Shown: in pieces, positions 38,831 to 51,405 of the stretch
How positions within the stretch are numbered: position 1 is the stretch's first letter
Layout of the letters: every line of letters begins with the position of its first letter
Assembly (NCBI RefSeq): GCF_963921235.1
Contig: NC_086097.1
Span: 13,764,001-13,828,000 of the forward strand
Source of the DNA: Mobula hypostoma
Taxonomy: Eukaryota
Direction: 5' to 3'
Length of the DNA: 64,000 bases
Program-made: the position numbers and the translations under genes
The notes under the pieces: model-generated
The model's database searches: none
Told to the model about the DNA's origin: nothing
Seen by the model: the letters and a program-made list of their open reading frames with translations, nothing else

Positions 38831-38924
38831 TGATAGGCCTAAGGTTGGTCTTTCACAATTCCTAATGGACCACTCTTGATAACATCCTTATGTCTCTTAA
38901 ATAGTTTTTAGTTAACCAAGTATG

Positions 38925-39555
38925 ATTATGAAGACACATTTTAGTCCTCTTTTATTGTCATTTAGTAATGCATGCATGAAGAAATGATACAATATTTCCT
39001 CCGGTGTGATATCAGAAAACACAGGACAGACCAAGACTGAAAAAACTGACAAAACCACATAATTAGAACATATAGTTACAAACAGTGCAACAATACCATA
39101 ACTTGATGAAGAAGTCCGTGAGCACAGTAAAGTTCAAAGTTTCTCAAATGTCCCAGATCTCACGCAGACGGGAGAAGGAAGAAAAACTCTCACTGCCATG
39201 CCGACCACAGTCCGACTCTGATTCATCCGAAAACTTCGAGCTCTGATCAGCCTCCGACACCGAGTACTGAGCGCCATCTCTGTCCCAACGATTCGACCTC
39301 CTTCTCGGTCGCCAAAAGCAGGCAAGGCCGGGGATTTTGAGGCCCACCCTCTGAAAGATTCATGACCACACAGTAACGACAGCAGCGAACGGGCATTTCA
39401 GAAATTTCCCCAGATGTTCCTCTGTGCTTTCACATCCATTCTCCATCAAATCAGGAGTGTCCACGGCCCCTATTTAACGGATACAATGATAACAGAAACG
39501 ATATAATTTTCACCGGAGAGCTGCACACACGCGGTGCACTGTCATCTTCTCCTAA
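38925..39555 (-). mobile_element. Non-autonomous non-LTR-like element, unclassified
   Basis: CpG-rich; 5' ggagaagatg...; 3' gacaataaaa near the end; no ORF. Confidence 0.45.
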
Positions 39556-40169
39556 TATTACACCTGAACTTAAATAAAAGTCATGGAGAAACTTGGTGGG
39601 TCAGACAACCTCTGTGGAAGCAGGATGATGATCAGCATTTTGTACTGAGATCCTACATCAGGATTTCTAATCCACTGAGCTCTTCAAACAATTTTTCTTT
39701 GTTCCACATTACATTTCCAGCAGTCTCTTATGTGTCTATTATATCTAAACAGCCTACTGTGGGATTAATGTGAACCCATCCAGGAAATGGATGCTTCTTT
39801 TCAATATAAGTGGCCTGAAATTTCTTCTTTGCCAGTTCAAGTTTCTCCTTTTGATAGTTATTAAGTGGTCACATATTGCTCAGTGGCACCATGACATGCA
39901 GCAGTGATTCTGATCTGGAGACTGTGTTTATAAACCAGTCAATGCTACTAGGTCATAAAGATGTATTGCAGGTCACACGAAGATGAAGGATGGTAAGTAC
40001 TTCTGCTCCAGGTTGCAGTTATTGTGGAACATTTGTGAGAAGAGCAGAAAATTCTGAAGAGAGAACATGAAGACTGGTGAAGAAATTAGAAACCTGATGC
40101 CTTTGCACAAATACTTCTCAAAGTTATGTATCGTTGACTGGATTTAGGGATGAAACAAGTTACCCAATG

Positions 40170-41560
40170 GAAGCAAGGATCCATCATCAAGGACCCCCAC
40201 CACCCAGGCCATGCTCCCTTTTTCCATCATCAAGGAACCTCACCACCCAGGCCATGCAGCATCTCTGGGAAGAGTACAGTCAGTGCTTTAGGCTGAGACT
40301 TTTCATCAGAACTGGTGAAAAAAAGATGAGAAGTCAGAGTTAAGGTGGGGAGAGGGGAGGAAGAAATACAAGGTAGTAGGTGATAGGTGAAACTGAGAGA
40401 GGGGGAGGGCTGAAGTAGAGAGTTGAAAAGCTGATTGGTGAAAGAGATAAGGGCAGCATTTTGTGTGCGCTGCTTGGATATCCAGCATCTGCAGAATTTC
40501 TCTTGTTTGTCACCCAGGCTATGGTCTATTTTTCCATCATCAAGAACCCCCACCACCCAGGCCATGCTCTCTTCTCATTGCTGCCATCAGGAAGCAGATA
40601 TCCCACTTCTCCCGGAAGTTCTGGGAGTCACTGCATATTGATAGTGGCTACCTGATGCCCGCAATTTGTATAAAATGTCCCAGAAATCAATTTTTGGAGA
40701 GAGAAACTGAGCGTGAGAGTGACCACAAGAGAGCGTGCGCACGAGAGAGAGAGCATGAGAGTGACCATGAGAGAGCGCGTGCACGAGAGAGACAGAGCGT
40801 GAGAGCTACCACGAGAGAGAGCGAGCGACAGAGAGTTCCAAAAAAAGAAAATATAAAACGTACGTCACCCCAGACTACCCTAAAGTGTAGCCCTGCCTAA
40901 TAGGGGTCAAAAATAATGACAGTGTTGCTCGCTGCACTGTTTGCAACAGTGACTTTTCTATTGCCCATGGTGGGTTAAGACTGTAAAAGACATGTTGAGG
41001 TGAGTTTAACAGGTGTCATTCGTTCATTAGCATAGCTAACGTTATTTAAACTAGCTGGTTAGCTGCTAAGGAGCTACTCTATTGCAGACATCCCACCTCT
41101 CCCGGAAGTGTCCTGCAAATTGATGGTGCTACCTCCCTGAAATGAGTTTTTGTATGGTGGGATGTCTGATGAGGAAGGTGCAGGTGCCTCAGAACTCACA
41201 CCATCAAGTTCAGGAACAGTTAATACCCCTCAACCATCAGGCTCTTGAACCAGAGGAGATAACTTAACTCGGCCCGGCTCTGAACTGTTCCCACAACCGA
41301 TGGACTCATTTTCAAGAACTCTTTATCTCATGTTCTTGATTTTTTTGCTTATTTAATTGTTATTTTTTTCTTCTCTATTGTATTTGCAGTTTGTTTTCTT
41401 TTGTATATTGGTTGGTTGTCTATCCTGTTGGGTGCGGTCTTTCAATGATTCTATTATGGTTCTAGGATTTACTATATATGCCTACAAGAAAATGAATCTC
41501 AGTTGTATTTAGTGACATATATGTTCTTTGATAATAAATTTACTTGGAACTTGAACCTTG
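40170..41560 (+). mobile_element. Rex1/Babar-like 3' end, interrupted by a Penelope derivative (about 40250-40510) and a TIR element (40595-41168)
   Basis: Three partial ccatcatcaag..ccccaccacccaggccatgc copies; host resumes at 41169. Confidence 0.75.
40595..41168. mobile_element. Composite non-autonomous DNA transposon with cargo
   Basis: TIR cagatatcccac / gtgggatgtctg; flanks atcaggaag / atgaggaag; third TIR copy at 41085. Confidence 0.8.
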
Positions 41561-41880
41561 AGTTGCACAGCATGGAACAGGTCCTTTGGCCCATCTGGTG
41601 ATGTTGACAAGATATCTATCCATGTTAATCCCATTTTCCTGCATTTACCCCATATCCCTCTATTTCTTTCTGATTTATGTAAGTGTCCAAATGCTTCTTA
41701 ATAAATATTATTATAGCACCTCCCTCAACCACTTCCTCTGGTAACTTATTTCATGCAGCCACCACCCTCAATATTAATAACTTGTCCCTCAGATTCCCTT
41801 TCAATATTTTCTCTCGACTTTAAACTCATGTCCTCTAGAGGTAGACTCCACTACTCCAGGGGAGAAAAATTGCCTGTGAC
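41560..41880 (-). mobile_element. Old CR1 3' end
   Basis: acaggtcctttggccca...ctcaaccacttcctctgg...tttaaactcatgtcctctag. Confidence 0.65.
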
Positions 41881-42299
41881 TCTCTACTCCTAGATTGGAC
41901 TTTTTCTGAGTACCAGAGTAATCTACTTTCCAAATATTAATAAAGAACTTATTAAGACTCACTCAGCATATTTAGAAATGAAGTTCCTTGTAAGCTTGAA
42001 TGGAGTAGGGAACATTTTTCAGTTTGGAATAAATCTTTGATTTGTTTGGGACCAAAACCTTCAATGGGAATTATCAGTGAATAATATTGTGCAGGCATTT
42101 GGGATGGACTCCCAATTTGGAGAAACTTGTTCTTCAAGTTCAAGTTTACTGTCATCTGTTTGAACATATATACGACCAAACAAAACAATGCTCCTCCGGG
42201 CCACAGTCTACCTGCAAAACCTATATCGCACACCATATACGTCAATAAAATATAGTTAAAAGTGCAAATAGTGTGCAGCACAGGTGAACAGTAGACAGC

Positions 42300-43590
42300 A
42301 AACAGAAGAAAATCTGCAGATGCTGGAGGAACTCAGCAGGATAGGCAGCATCTACGGAAAAGAGTAAACGTTCGACATTTCTGGTCGAGACTCTTCAGCA
42401 GGAGTGAGAGGGAAAGGGGGGAGACGCCCAAATTAAATGGTGGGTGGAGGGGAAACGTAATCAGTAAACAGTATAGCAAACGGCTTGCTGCCCTAGTGAT
42501 AAGACCGCTGTTTTGGCAGGGTACTTATAGCATCAATTTCACGCTGAGCAAGTTTCAGCACTATGACAAATAAAGTAAGCACAGCACACTTCTTCATTAG
42601 GGTCAGAGAAATAAATGTCACCTGCAGCATGAAATTCAACATGAAGCAAGAATTTCAAAGTTACAATCACTTTCATCTAACACTTTTAAAATCAAAACTA
42701 AAGGACCTTTGATCATTTCCCCAATTTGTTCAGAGAATGTGACAACACTGATATGGCCAGCATTAATCAGCAATCTCTAATTGTCCTTGGAAACACAAGA
42801 GACTGTGGTGAGAGACTCAGGAACAAAGATCAGTCTGCTGGGGGAACTTAGCAGGTCAAGCAGCGTCTGTCAGGGAGAGGAATTTCAGGCCAAGATCCTG
42901 ATGCAGAGTATCAAACCTAAATGTTGCTTGACCTGCTGAGTCCTTCCAGCAGCTTGCTTTTTGCTCCAATTATCCTTGGCGTGGGTGACTTGCTTGGCCA
43001 AGTCAGGGTGCAGTTAACCATCTTAATCTCGGCCTTCAGTCACATCCAAGGCAGAATGACAAAACCAATGCACTGTCATCACAAATGTGAACCAAGTGGG
43101 AGCTTTGATAATCTTGGTTCTCTCACTGTCACCATTGATGGCATTTGCTTCTTACCTCAGACTGAATAAGCTGAATTCAAATTCTCCAACACATAAATAC
43201 CGGGGAGTCTGCCCATGGTGAAAATCCAAAGCAACAGATACAAGCTGTTGGAAGAACTTAGCAGGTCAAGCAGCATCTATGAAAATGAATAAACAGTTGA
43301 CATTTTGGGCCGAGACCCTTTGTTTGGACTGGAAAGGAAGGAGGAAGATGCCAGAACAAGAAGGTGGGGGGAGGGAGGGGAAGGAGGAGAAGTGGGCAGG
43401 GGAGGGGAATGAAGTAGGAAGCTGGGAGAGTGAACCAAGGGAGAAAGGGAAGAAGGAGAGGCACCAGGAGGACGTGATAGGCAGAAGAGGTAAGAAACCA
43501 GAGTGGGGAATAGAAGAAGAGGGAAAAGGGAAAGAAATTACCAGAAGTTGGAGAAATCGATGCTCATCCAGTTGTTTTGGAGGGTTTTGA
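42300..43590. mobile_element. Three Penelope-derived copies: 42300-42455 (-), 42793-42965 (fold-back), 43222-43590 (-)
   Basis: gaact.agcagg...gcagc.tct motif in each. Confidence 0.75.
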
Positions 43591-46164
43591 GCTCACATGT
43601 CCAGATGAGAAATTCAAATTTGCTCATGCAGTGCTGTAACAGCATGGCTGCCATATTATTTATTTGTTTGATCACATTGCGATCTGTCTAGCATTTCCCT
43701 CCAGTCTGCTTTGGATGAAGGACGGTCCTTTATAGTCTGCAAGCACTCAGACAGAACACAGTGTCTGGGGAGAGGGAGATAACCCAGTCCAAAAGAGCAA
43801 ATGGGTCAAGGATATGATTGGCTTACCTCTCGATTTACTTTTCCTACATTAACAACAGACCTTTATCACAGAACAGAAACCAGCATTTTCTCTTTAGGAA
43901 CATCCTATTACAGTGATGGGGAAACAGGGGGCTCACTTATGGTGAGATGAATTCCTACTAACACTGTCTCAGCACTCTACACAGCAATGTTACACTGTAT
44001 AATTAAGCCAAAACTCTCCCAAAAGGGGTTTCAGCTTCGCAATAAATCACTGATTGATTTCAAACCAATTTTATTTCCCCTTCCCCTCTTCCCCAGCTAC
44101 TCAGATGTATAAAATGGCTGACACTCTTCCATCTAATAGTCCTGCCGATGGCTGTTTCAAATCATTAGTGGCCATCTTAACAACCAGGATTAATTGCAGG
44201 GACAAAGCCCAAGTCTTAACCAGGTGCTTCCTGTTTCACATTATCTCTGATCACTGTCAAGCAGAATGAAAATCCAGATATTAAAAAAAGGCTTTTAGCC
44301 ATTGTCTGATTGGGATTACCGAAAAAAAACCAGTCCTCCCTCAGATCAGCTCTCCCACAATTCCTTGATGCAGCCACAGACAGTCATTTTTATTGGCTAA
44401 TTGATTTACAGCCAATTAGGTAGCAATTCCAACCTGTATCATGGTAAAATTCAGTTTTGTTAGTGGTTAATAAAATAAGACATTTTTGTTTTTTTTTTAA
44501 TTGACTTGATGCTGCCTGTGATGAGCAGTTTTCAGTGAACTCTCTCTGTTTTAGTGAAGCTCTTACAGGAACATTATCCATAAGGAGGTTTAACTCCTTA
44601 ATTGTCACCATAGACTTTTAGACCAAATTGTGCACCAGATCCATTGAGGTAAAGTGACTGGTAATTTAAAAATAATTGAAGTTTATACGTGAATTGGTAA
44701 TATATAGAGTAGAGATTTCTTTAAATGACCCAAAAGGCAGAGGAGGTTGATTTTTGTCTGCATTGGAAACACCTTACCCCACCTTTACATTTGCAAACAC
44801 TGCCTGTCATTTATGACATTTTCTCCCCCCACAGATACACATTTTAAAATTTGCATTAGGTTTAAAATGTGACCATCTTTGTCCCTCCATGGAGGTAATC
44901 ACTTCATCCAGGTTATCCCAAAATCTTGACACTTCTCACCTCCGAGATCATCACGTGAGCCTTAATTATAAATGCCTCCACTTGATCATTGCAAGCGATG
45001 CTTGCAAACAATTTGTCACACAGGAAGGGGAAAAAAATGGCATCTGAAACACCATAGGACTGAAGGTAAATAAATCTGAGGTTTTTTTTCTCTTGTCACC
45101 TGCACTAGTGAGGTAGTCCATTATCAAATGTACAACAAGAAAGCATTCCTAACTTAACCTACATCAGACACTTACAGTCAACTGTAAATCACGAAGCTCT
45201 ATTAAACTGACGTACTTTTTTTTTGGAAGAAACAACTCATTAAAAATGAAAGACAGACCGATGCTGTGCATATTGTCTTCTGCTTATTAGTCTGCTTGCT
45301 GTTTCATCATTTGCGAAATTCATATTTGTTGAACAAGAAGGGCAGAAACAATGAGAAATCAATCTTTTTTTGCTTGGCCAGATAAACACAAGACACAGAG
45401 AGACAGAAAATAGAAAGAAGCCTCCCGACGGTGATTGATGACTGAAGTAAACGTGTCAGAATGGTATTATGTAAATTACTGAAGCAACCAACCATTCTGC
45501 AGATGATTACAGTGGATGCAAACATTGTTTCGGTCCCCAGACGCCCATTCCTTGTTATTTTCCTTCCCTTGAACTACCCCGGGGTGGATTTCTTCTGACC
45601 TGGAGCCCATGAAAAAAAAACACCAGGGACAAGTTGAAAGTTAGGAGACATCTGTTACATTTCCCCAGCAACTACCTGCCTGATTTCCACCTTCCAGCCA
45701 CTCACCATAACACAAATTGAAGTTACATATTTTTCTCCAAGATAAGGGTTGCTTGATTGAATTACCCCCACTTCCCAAAATACCTGTCCATCCCACTTTT
45801 AGGTTCACCTTCTATCAACAACCAAACAGAGTTAAATAAAAGCTGACATGATTGTACACTTTTCCAAGACAATTCATCATGAAAAATGATTATTTAATGA
45901 TTAAGTAGATTTGCTTTTTAATCTTTTCTGATGCCAGTCTAAAATTGCCTGAGATAACATCTTTCTCCTCCCTAGACGCCACACTGGTAACATAATCCAT
46001 TGAAAGCTAAATCTATCACTGGGCTTCCCTACTTGCACACAGACTGAAATCTTCAGACTGTCTGCACAGTTCTTGTTAGACTTAGTGTCTTTCTCTCTTT
46101 TCATCGCTGATTTTTCAGTTCTTTCTCTCTCTTATTTTCTCTCATTCAGCAGCTGTGAAAGCCA

Positions 46165-47100
46165 GTGTTACACAGGGAATGATGGGTGCCCTGAATGTGC
46201 TGCCTGGGTAGGTGGTACAGGCAGATAAATTTGGGATTTTTAAGACATGTCAATAAGACCAAAAAACTGATTATGAACATCAGAGAGGGTAAAAAGATGG
46301 AACACACACCACTCCTCATAGAGGAGTTAGGGGTGGAAAGGCTGAGCAATTTCAAGTTCCTGGCTGTCAACTTCTCTGAGGATCTAACATATTGATGCAT
46401 TTACAAAGAAGGCATGACAGCAGCTATATTGCATTAGGAGTTTGAGGAGATTTGGTATGTCATCAAATACACCCATAAATCTCTACAAATGTACTGTGAA
46501 AAGCTTTCTAACTGACAGTGTCCCTGTCCGGAATGGGGGTGGGGGAAGTCACTGCACAGGATCGAGAGAAGCTGCAGAAAGTTGTAAATTCTTTCAGCTC
46601 TATCATGGGCACCTGCCTCCCCAGCATCCAGGACATCTTCAAGGGGCGATGCCTCAAAAAGATGGCATCCATCATAAAGGACCCCCATCACCCAGGACAT
46701 GCCATCATAATGGACAAGGTACAGGGGCCTAAAGAAATTCAGGAACAGCTTCTTCCCCCCTACCACCAGATTTCTGAATGGACATTGAACCCATGAACAC
46801 TACCTCTCTATTTTTTTTTCTACATCACACTATCACTACTGTAATTACAGTGTTTTATCATTATCTATCGCAAGTACAGCTGCGGCATAACAACAAATTT
46901 CACGACATATGCCAGAGATATTAAATCTGATTCTGATTCGGAGATATTTAGATGTGAGGGATATGGAAGGATATAGACATTGTGTAAGCAGGAGGGATTA
47001 GTTTAGTTGGCTATTTGACGACTAATTTATTTGGTTCAGCACAACTTGATGGGCCGAAGGGCCTGTTCTTGTGCTGTACTGTTTGATGTCCTATGTTCTA
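46165..47100 (+). mobile_element. CR1 3' end split by a Rex1/Babar-like insertion (about 46248-46940)
   Basis: CR1 pieces at 46165-46247 and 46940-47100; insert encodes NKTKKLIMNIR..HTPLLI..NFKFLAVNFSEDLT and SIIKDPHHPGHA. Confidence 0.8.
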
Positions 47101-47447
47101 ATTCCAGCATGTTCCTCCCAATCACTTGCTTAATTCTATCTGTGTAAATTTAGGCTCGGTAACACTAAGCGTGCGATATAGTCATGTCCTCTTAGTTTTG
47201 CCCTGCCAGGGAGCCTGATTGCACTATCTAACCAGAATACATTCGATCGAATCTTATATAACCCTGAAAACAGTTGTTGGTGTTATCAGAAGGGCTTGCA
47301 ACGCATTCACATGACAGAATTTGTGTCTTGTTATTTCAGTGCAGCATTTATGGAGACTTTCAAATGCCTGTGTTTGAGTGAGGGACTGCAGAACGCAATG
47401 TAAATGTAGTGAGCATTCATCAGATAATATCAACAATAGTAATTTCT

Positions 47448-47480
47448 CAAGTGAGTAGATTAAGTTAATCTACTCACTTG
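47448..47480. repeat. Perfect inverted repeat, 16-bp arms, 1-nt spacer
   Basis: caagtgagtagattaa g ttaatctactcacttg. Confidence 0.97.
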
Positions 47481-47734
47481 CATGGAATGCAAATCGTAAA
47501 TGTTATAAAGGAGGAATCATATTTTATAGTTGTTTTTATATGTCATTATTGTTATTATCCCTATCTTTATATTATCGAGTACATCTTTGTCAAAGTAGAT
47601 ACCCAGATCACTCGTGCTATTGATAAAGGTCAGTGGTGATTACGGAAAGATCTTTTTTTAAAAATTCATGTGCAAAACACCACTTGTCAAAACTTTAAAT
47701 GCTGCTTATATAAGGTAGATGGGATTTTATTCTT

Positions 47735-48015
47735 TATTTCTTTATTTATTGAGATACTGTGTGGAATAAGCCCTTTCAACCCTTTCAGCCCAGCAACCCC
47801 TGATTTACTCTGAGCCTAACCACAGGACAATTGACAATGACCCAATTATCCTATCAACCAATATGTCTTTAGACTGTGGAAGGAAACCAGAGCACCCGGA
47901 GTAAACCCACGCGGTCATGGGGAGAATGTAGAAACTCCTTACAGAGAGTGGTAGGAATCAAACCCAGGTCACTGCTCCTGTAAAGCATTGCGCTAGCAAC
48001 TATGCTACCGTGCCA
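47735..48015 (-). mobile_element. V-SINE (HE1-like)
   Basis: ggaaaccagagcacccggagtaaacccacgcggtcatggggagaa. Confidence 0.85.
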
Positions 48016-48174
48016 CTGTTCCACAAAAACCACTATGTCAGGGACTTTGCTGCCTACTTATTCCTGCCTACTTTTGAAGATTAGCGTCCTATCAATGAAA
48101 GCTTGTACTGTTCACACATTGACCCGTGACCATTCTGTCTATAGTGTGATGCATTTTGTGGATCAAGCCCCTTT

Positions 48175-48312
48175 TAAGAGCTGGGAGGTTGTGCTGCAAC
48201 TGTACAGAGTACTGGTGAGGCAGTACCTGGAGTACTGTATGCAGTTCTGGTCTCCTTATTTGAGGAAGGATATACTGGCTTTGGAGGCAGTGCAGAGGAG
48301 GTTCACCAGGTT
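48175..48312 (+). mobile_element. CR1 RT fragment
   Basis: VVLQLYRVLVRQYLEYCMQFWSPYLRKDILALEAVQRRFTR. Confidence 0.9.
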
Positions 48313-48329
48313 GAAAGGCAAAAAACAGA

Positions 48330-50835
48330 CGAAATTCACAGGTTCATATACAATGATAATAAGAAATAAAAAAGCAGAAATGGTTGGTTATGTTGGAAAG
48401 ATAGACATGCTCAATCGAACAAAATATAACTTGGTGATGTACTCTGAATGAATTGAGCAGTATCTTGAAGCAAATGAAATGGCCAATGAAAAGTGAGTGT
48501 TAGTGTTCCTGACTGCAATTGGTACAGTTTGCTTAGAAGTTTGACTGCTGCAGCCAAACCAACTTTACTTATATAGTGAACGTAATATCAATGGAATATT
48601 TAGAACAGTAACCATTCAGTAACTAATCAAAAGGCAGGGGAGAACATTGCAATTTATGTGATTGAACTGAACAGATAATCCGAGCATTAATGATGAGCTA
48701 CGAGATTGTTTACTTTGAGGAATCTTACAAGAAGCTCAATTCACATTTAAAACAGCGGTTGAAAGTGCTGTATCGATGGAAACATCAGGGGGAGACAAAA
48801 TTAAATTGCAGTTGGGAATGAATGTGAGTGTGAATAAAATTTCAACATCTAAACAGAAACCAGCCTTGCTGAACAAATTGTGTTACCACAAACATGAGAA
48901 AATCTGCAAATGCTGAAAATCCAAAGCAACATATACAAAATGCTGGAGGAACTCAGCAGGCCAGGCTGAATTTATGGAAAAGAATAGTCGATGTTTTGGG
49001 CTGAGATCCTTAATCAGTCCTGATGAAAGGTCTCAGACCAAAACATCAACTATTTACTCTTTTGCATAAATTATATTACCATTGTGGCAGGGGCTCACAG
49101 ATGCCAGACCAACGTATGTTTAAAGGAGAAACTTGCAGAAAATGCAACAAAGTAGGACACATGCAAAGAGCATGTCAGGCAAACAAAAATAAATTGATTG
49201 CACAGGGAAAAGAAAAAGATAAAAAGTAAAATTGCATTCCAAAAAGAGCTCTAATCTGCATGCTGTTGATGAAAAACCTGATAATGATGACAGTGACATA
49301 GGACTGAGAGGCCTGGAGATTTACAACTTGAAAGCTAACAATAGACAAAAGAAGTAAACCAGAAGTAATTGGCAAATTAATTAAAATGGAATTGGACTTT
49401 GGCTTGCTATTTCAGTCATTCCACAAAATGAGTTAAATGGCATTTCAAAGATACTGAACCGAAGCCTGCAGATGTCTGACTAAGAACTTATACTGGAGTA
49501 AAGATAACTTTTGTGGGAATGACATTCATAATAGAGAAATATAACAACCCTCAAGCCATATTTGGCTGGTAACAAGAGAGCCAACATTGATTGGCTGAGA
49601 GTTGATTGGATCCAACCCCAATTTGCATGCCACAGTTGAGTGGAGCCCATGGGCATGGTAGTGAACCCAATAAATGAAAAAGATAGGTCTTTCAGGATCT
49701 GTGGTGATCTTAAGGTACCCATTAATCCAGCATTGAAGGTAGATCAATACACTCTGCCCAGGAGAGAGAATACCTTTGAAGGCCTGTCTGGAGGGAAACA
49801 ATTCAGCAAAGTGGACCTGGTTGAGGCCTGCTTATAGATGGAAATTGAAGAAGAGTTGCTCACCATAAACACTCACAAAGGGCTTTTTCCACCTGGATGA
49901 TATCTGGATGATATCATTGTTAACAGCGAGGGTGACAAGGAACATCCCCAAAATCTTAAAACAGTGTTAAACAGATGAGAAGATTGGGTGCTCAGAGCAC
50001 AATGTGAGTGTGAATTATTTAAATGAAGCGTCGCTTACTGTGGTCACACCATTGATGCAAAAGTATTACACAAATGTGCTAAGAAAGTTCAAGCAGTGGT
50101 AGATGCTCCAAGCCGAAGGACGTATCATAGTTGTGGTCCTTTTTAATACTTGTCTATTCCTTTACAGGTTCCTGCCAAACCTAGCTATTGTGTTCCACCC
50201 TTTGAACTTACTAGTACAGAGTGGAAAGAAATGGCAAAGGACAAAGCAATGTGAGATGGCTTTCTGAGGGTAATGAAAATGGTGACATCAGACACTGTAC
50301 TCACACGTTATGATCCACATCATCCAATGAAGCCTTCCTGTGAAGCCTCGCCTTATAGTATAGTTATAGTCATGTTATGAGTAATGGATGTGAACACCCC
50401 ATAGCAATTGCATCACGTCTTCTTACCACTGAAGAGAAAAATTACACACAGATTGACAGAGAGGCCTTGAATCTGGTTTGGTGAGTAAAACTTTTCAACC
50501 AGTACCTGTATGGGAGAGAGTTTACCCTCATTACTGATCATCAACCACTGGAGTCCATTTTCACTCCACAGAAGGGTGTTTCACTAACAGCAGCAACACA
50601 AATGCAGAGAGGGGCTCTGTTTCTTGTAGGACACAATTACAAGATCAAATTCAAGAGGACAACTAATCATAGAAATGCTGATGGATTGTCCCATTTATGC
50701 TTGGAAAAGGAAATACTAGAAAAATTATAAAGAGGGCACTCCTCCTGACGTATTCTCCCTAATTAAAAGTCTCCCTATTATGGCAGAGATGATCCAAAGA
50801 GAAATTAGAAAATACCCTGTAGTTTCTCAGGTCTG
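48330..50835 (+). mobile_element. Degenerate Ty3/Gypsy gag-pol remnant, no LTRs or integrase seen
   Basis: gag start at about 48380; CCHC knuckle CRKCNKVGHMQRAC; protease MELDFG; RT RICGDLK..INPAL, YLDDIIV; RNase H EKNYTQIDREAL, TDHQPL; many stops and frameshifts. Confidence 0.9.
48889..49067. mobile_element. Penelope-derived fold-back inserted in Gypsy gag
   Basis: Flanked by aaattgtgttacca (48875-48888) and aaattatattacca (49068-49081). Confidence 0.85.
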
Positions 50836-51149
50836 CATGACAAACCCACATGGTCAGAGGGAGAACGTGTGAATTCCACACTGAGGTCAGGATTGAGACC
50901 AGTCTCTGGAACTGTAAGGCAGTGGTTTCACCAGCTGCACCTCTGTGTCCCACCTCTGGTCCTGCCTAATGTCTCATATCTGAATGGTGCACATGATCAG
51001 TCATCTTGCACAAAAACAATCATCCTACACAATACCAATCATCCTGTCCTCTTCAACCCTAAGGTACAAATCAATGGTTTGAAAAACTTTTATCCTCTCT
51101 CAAAAGACCTTGATTTATTAGTCGTTTCTTTATTTCATTAGTTTTTCAG

Positions 51150-51405
51150 TGCACTACAGGCCCTTCCGGCCCAATGGCTGTACCACCCAGCAACCCACCT
51201 GGTTAACCCTAGCCTCATCACTTTACAATTTGCAATGACCAATTGACCTACTGACTGATACATCTATGGACTGTGGGAGGAAACCAAAGCACTCAGAGGA
51301 AACCCACGCAGTCACGGGGAGAATGTACAAGCTCCTTACAGACTGCGCCAGAATTGATCCCAGAACTCCTATGCCCCGAGCTGCAATATTGTCGCTCTAA
51401 CCGCT
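51150..51405 (-). mobile_element. V-SINE (HE1-like)
   Basis: gactgtgggaggaaacc...gaggaaacccacgcagtcacggggagaatgtacaa. Confidence 0.85.

Noticed and set aside
45458..45499. miRNA-like hairpin agaatggt...accattct
   Set aside because: Only a 9-bp stem; no miRNA I recognise.
46150..46208. Apparent exon (pyrimidine tract, AG, open Cys-rich frame, GTAGGT)
   Set aside because: Most of it is a CR1 3' fragment that continues at 46940; no recognisable protein.
48002..48451. 149-aa ORF
   Set aside because: Chance read-through of a SINE end, a CR1 scrap and the Gypsy gag start.
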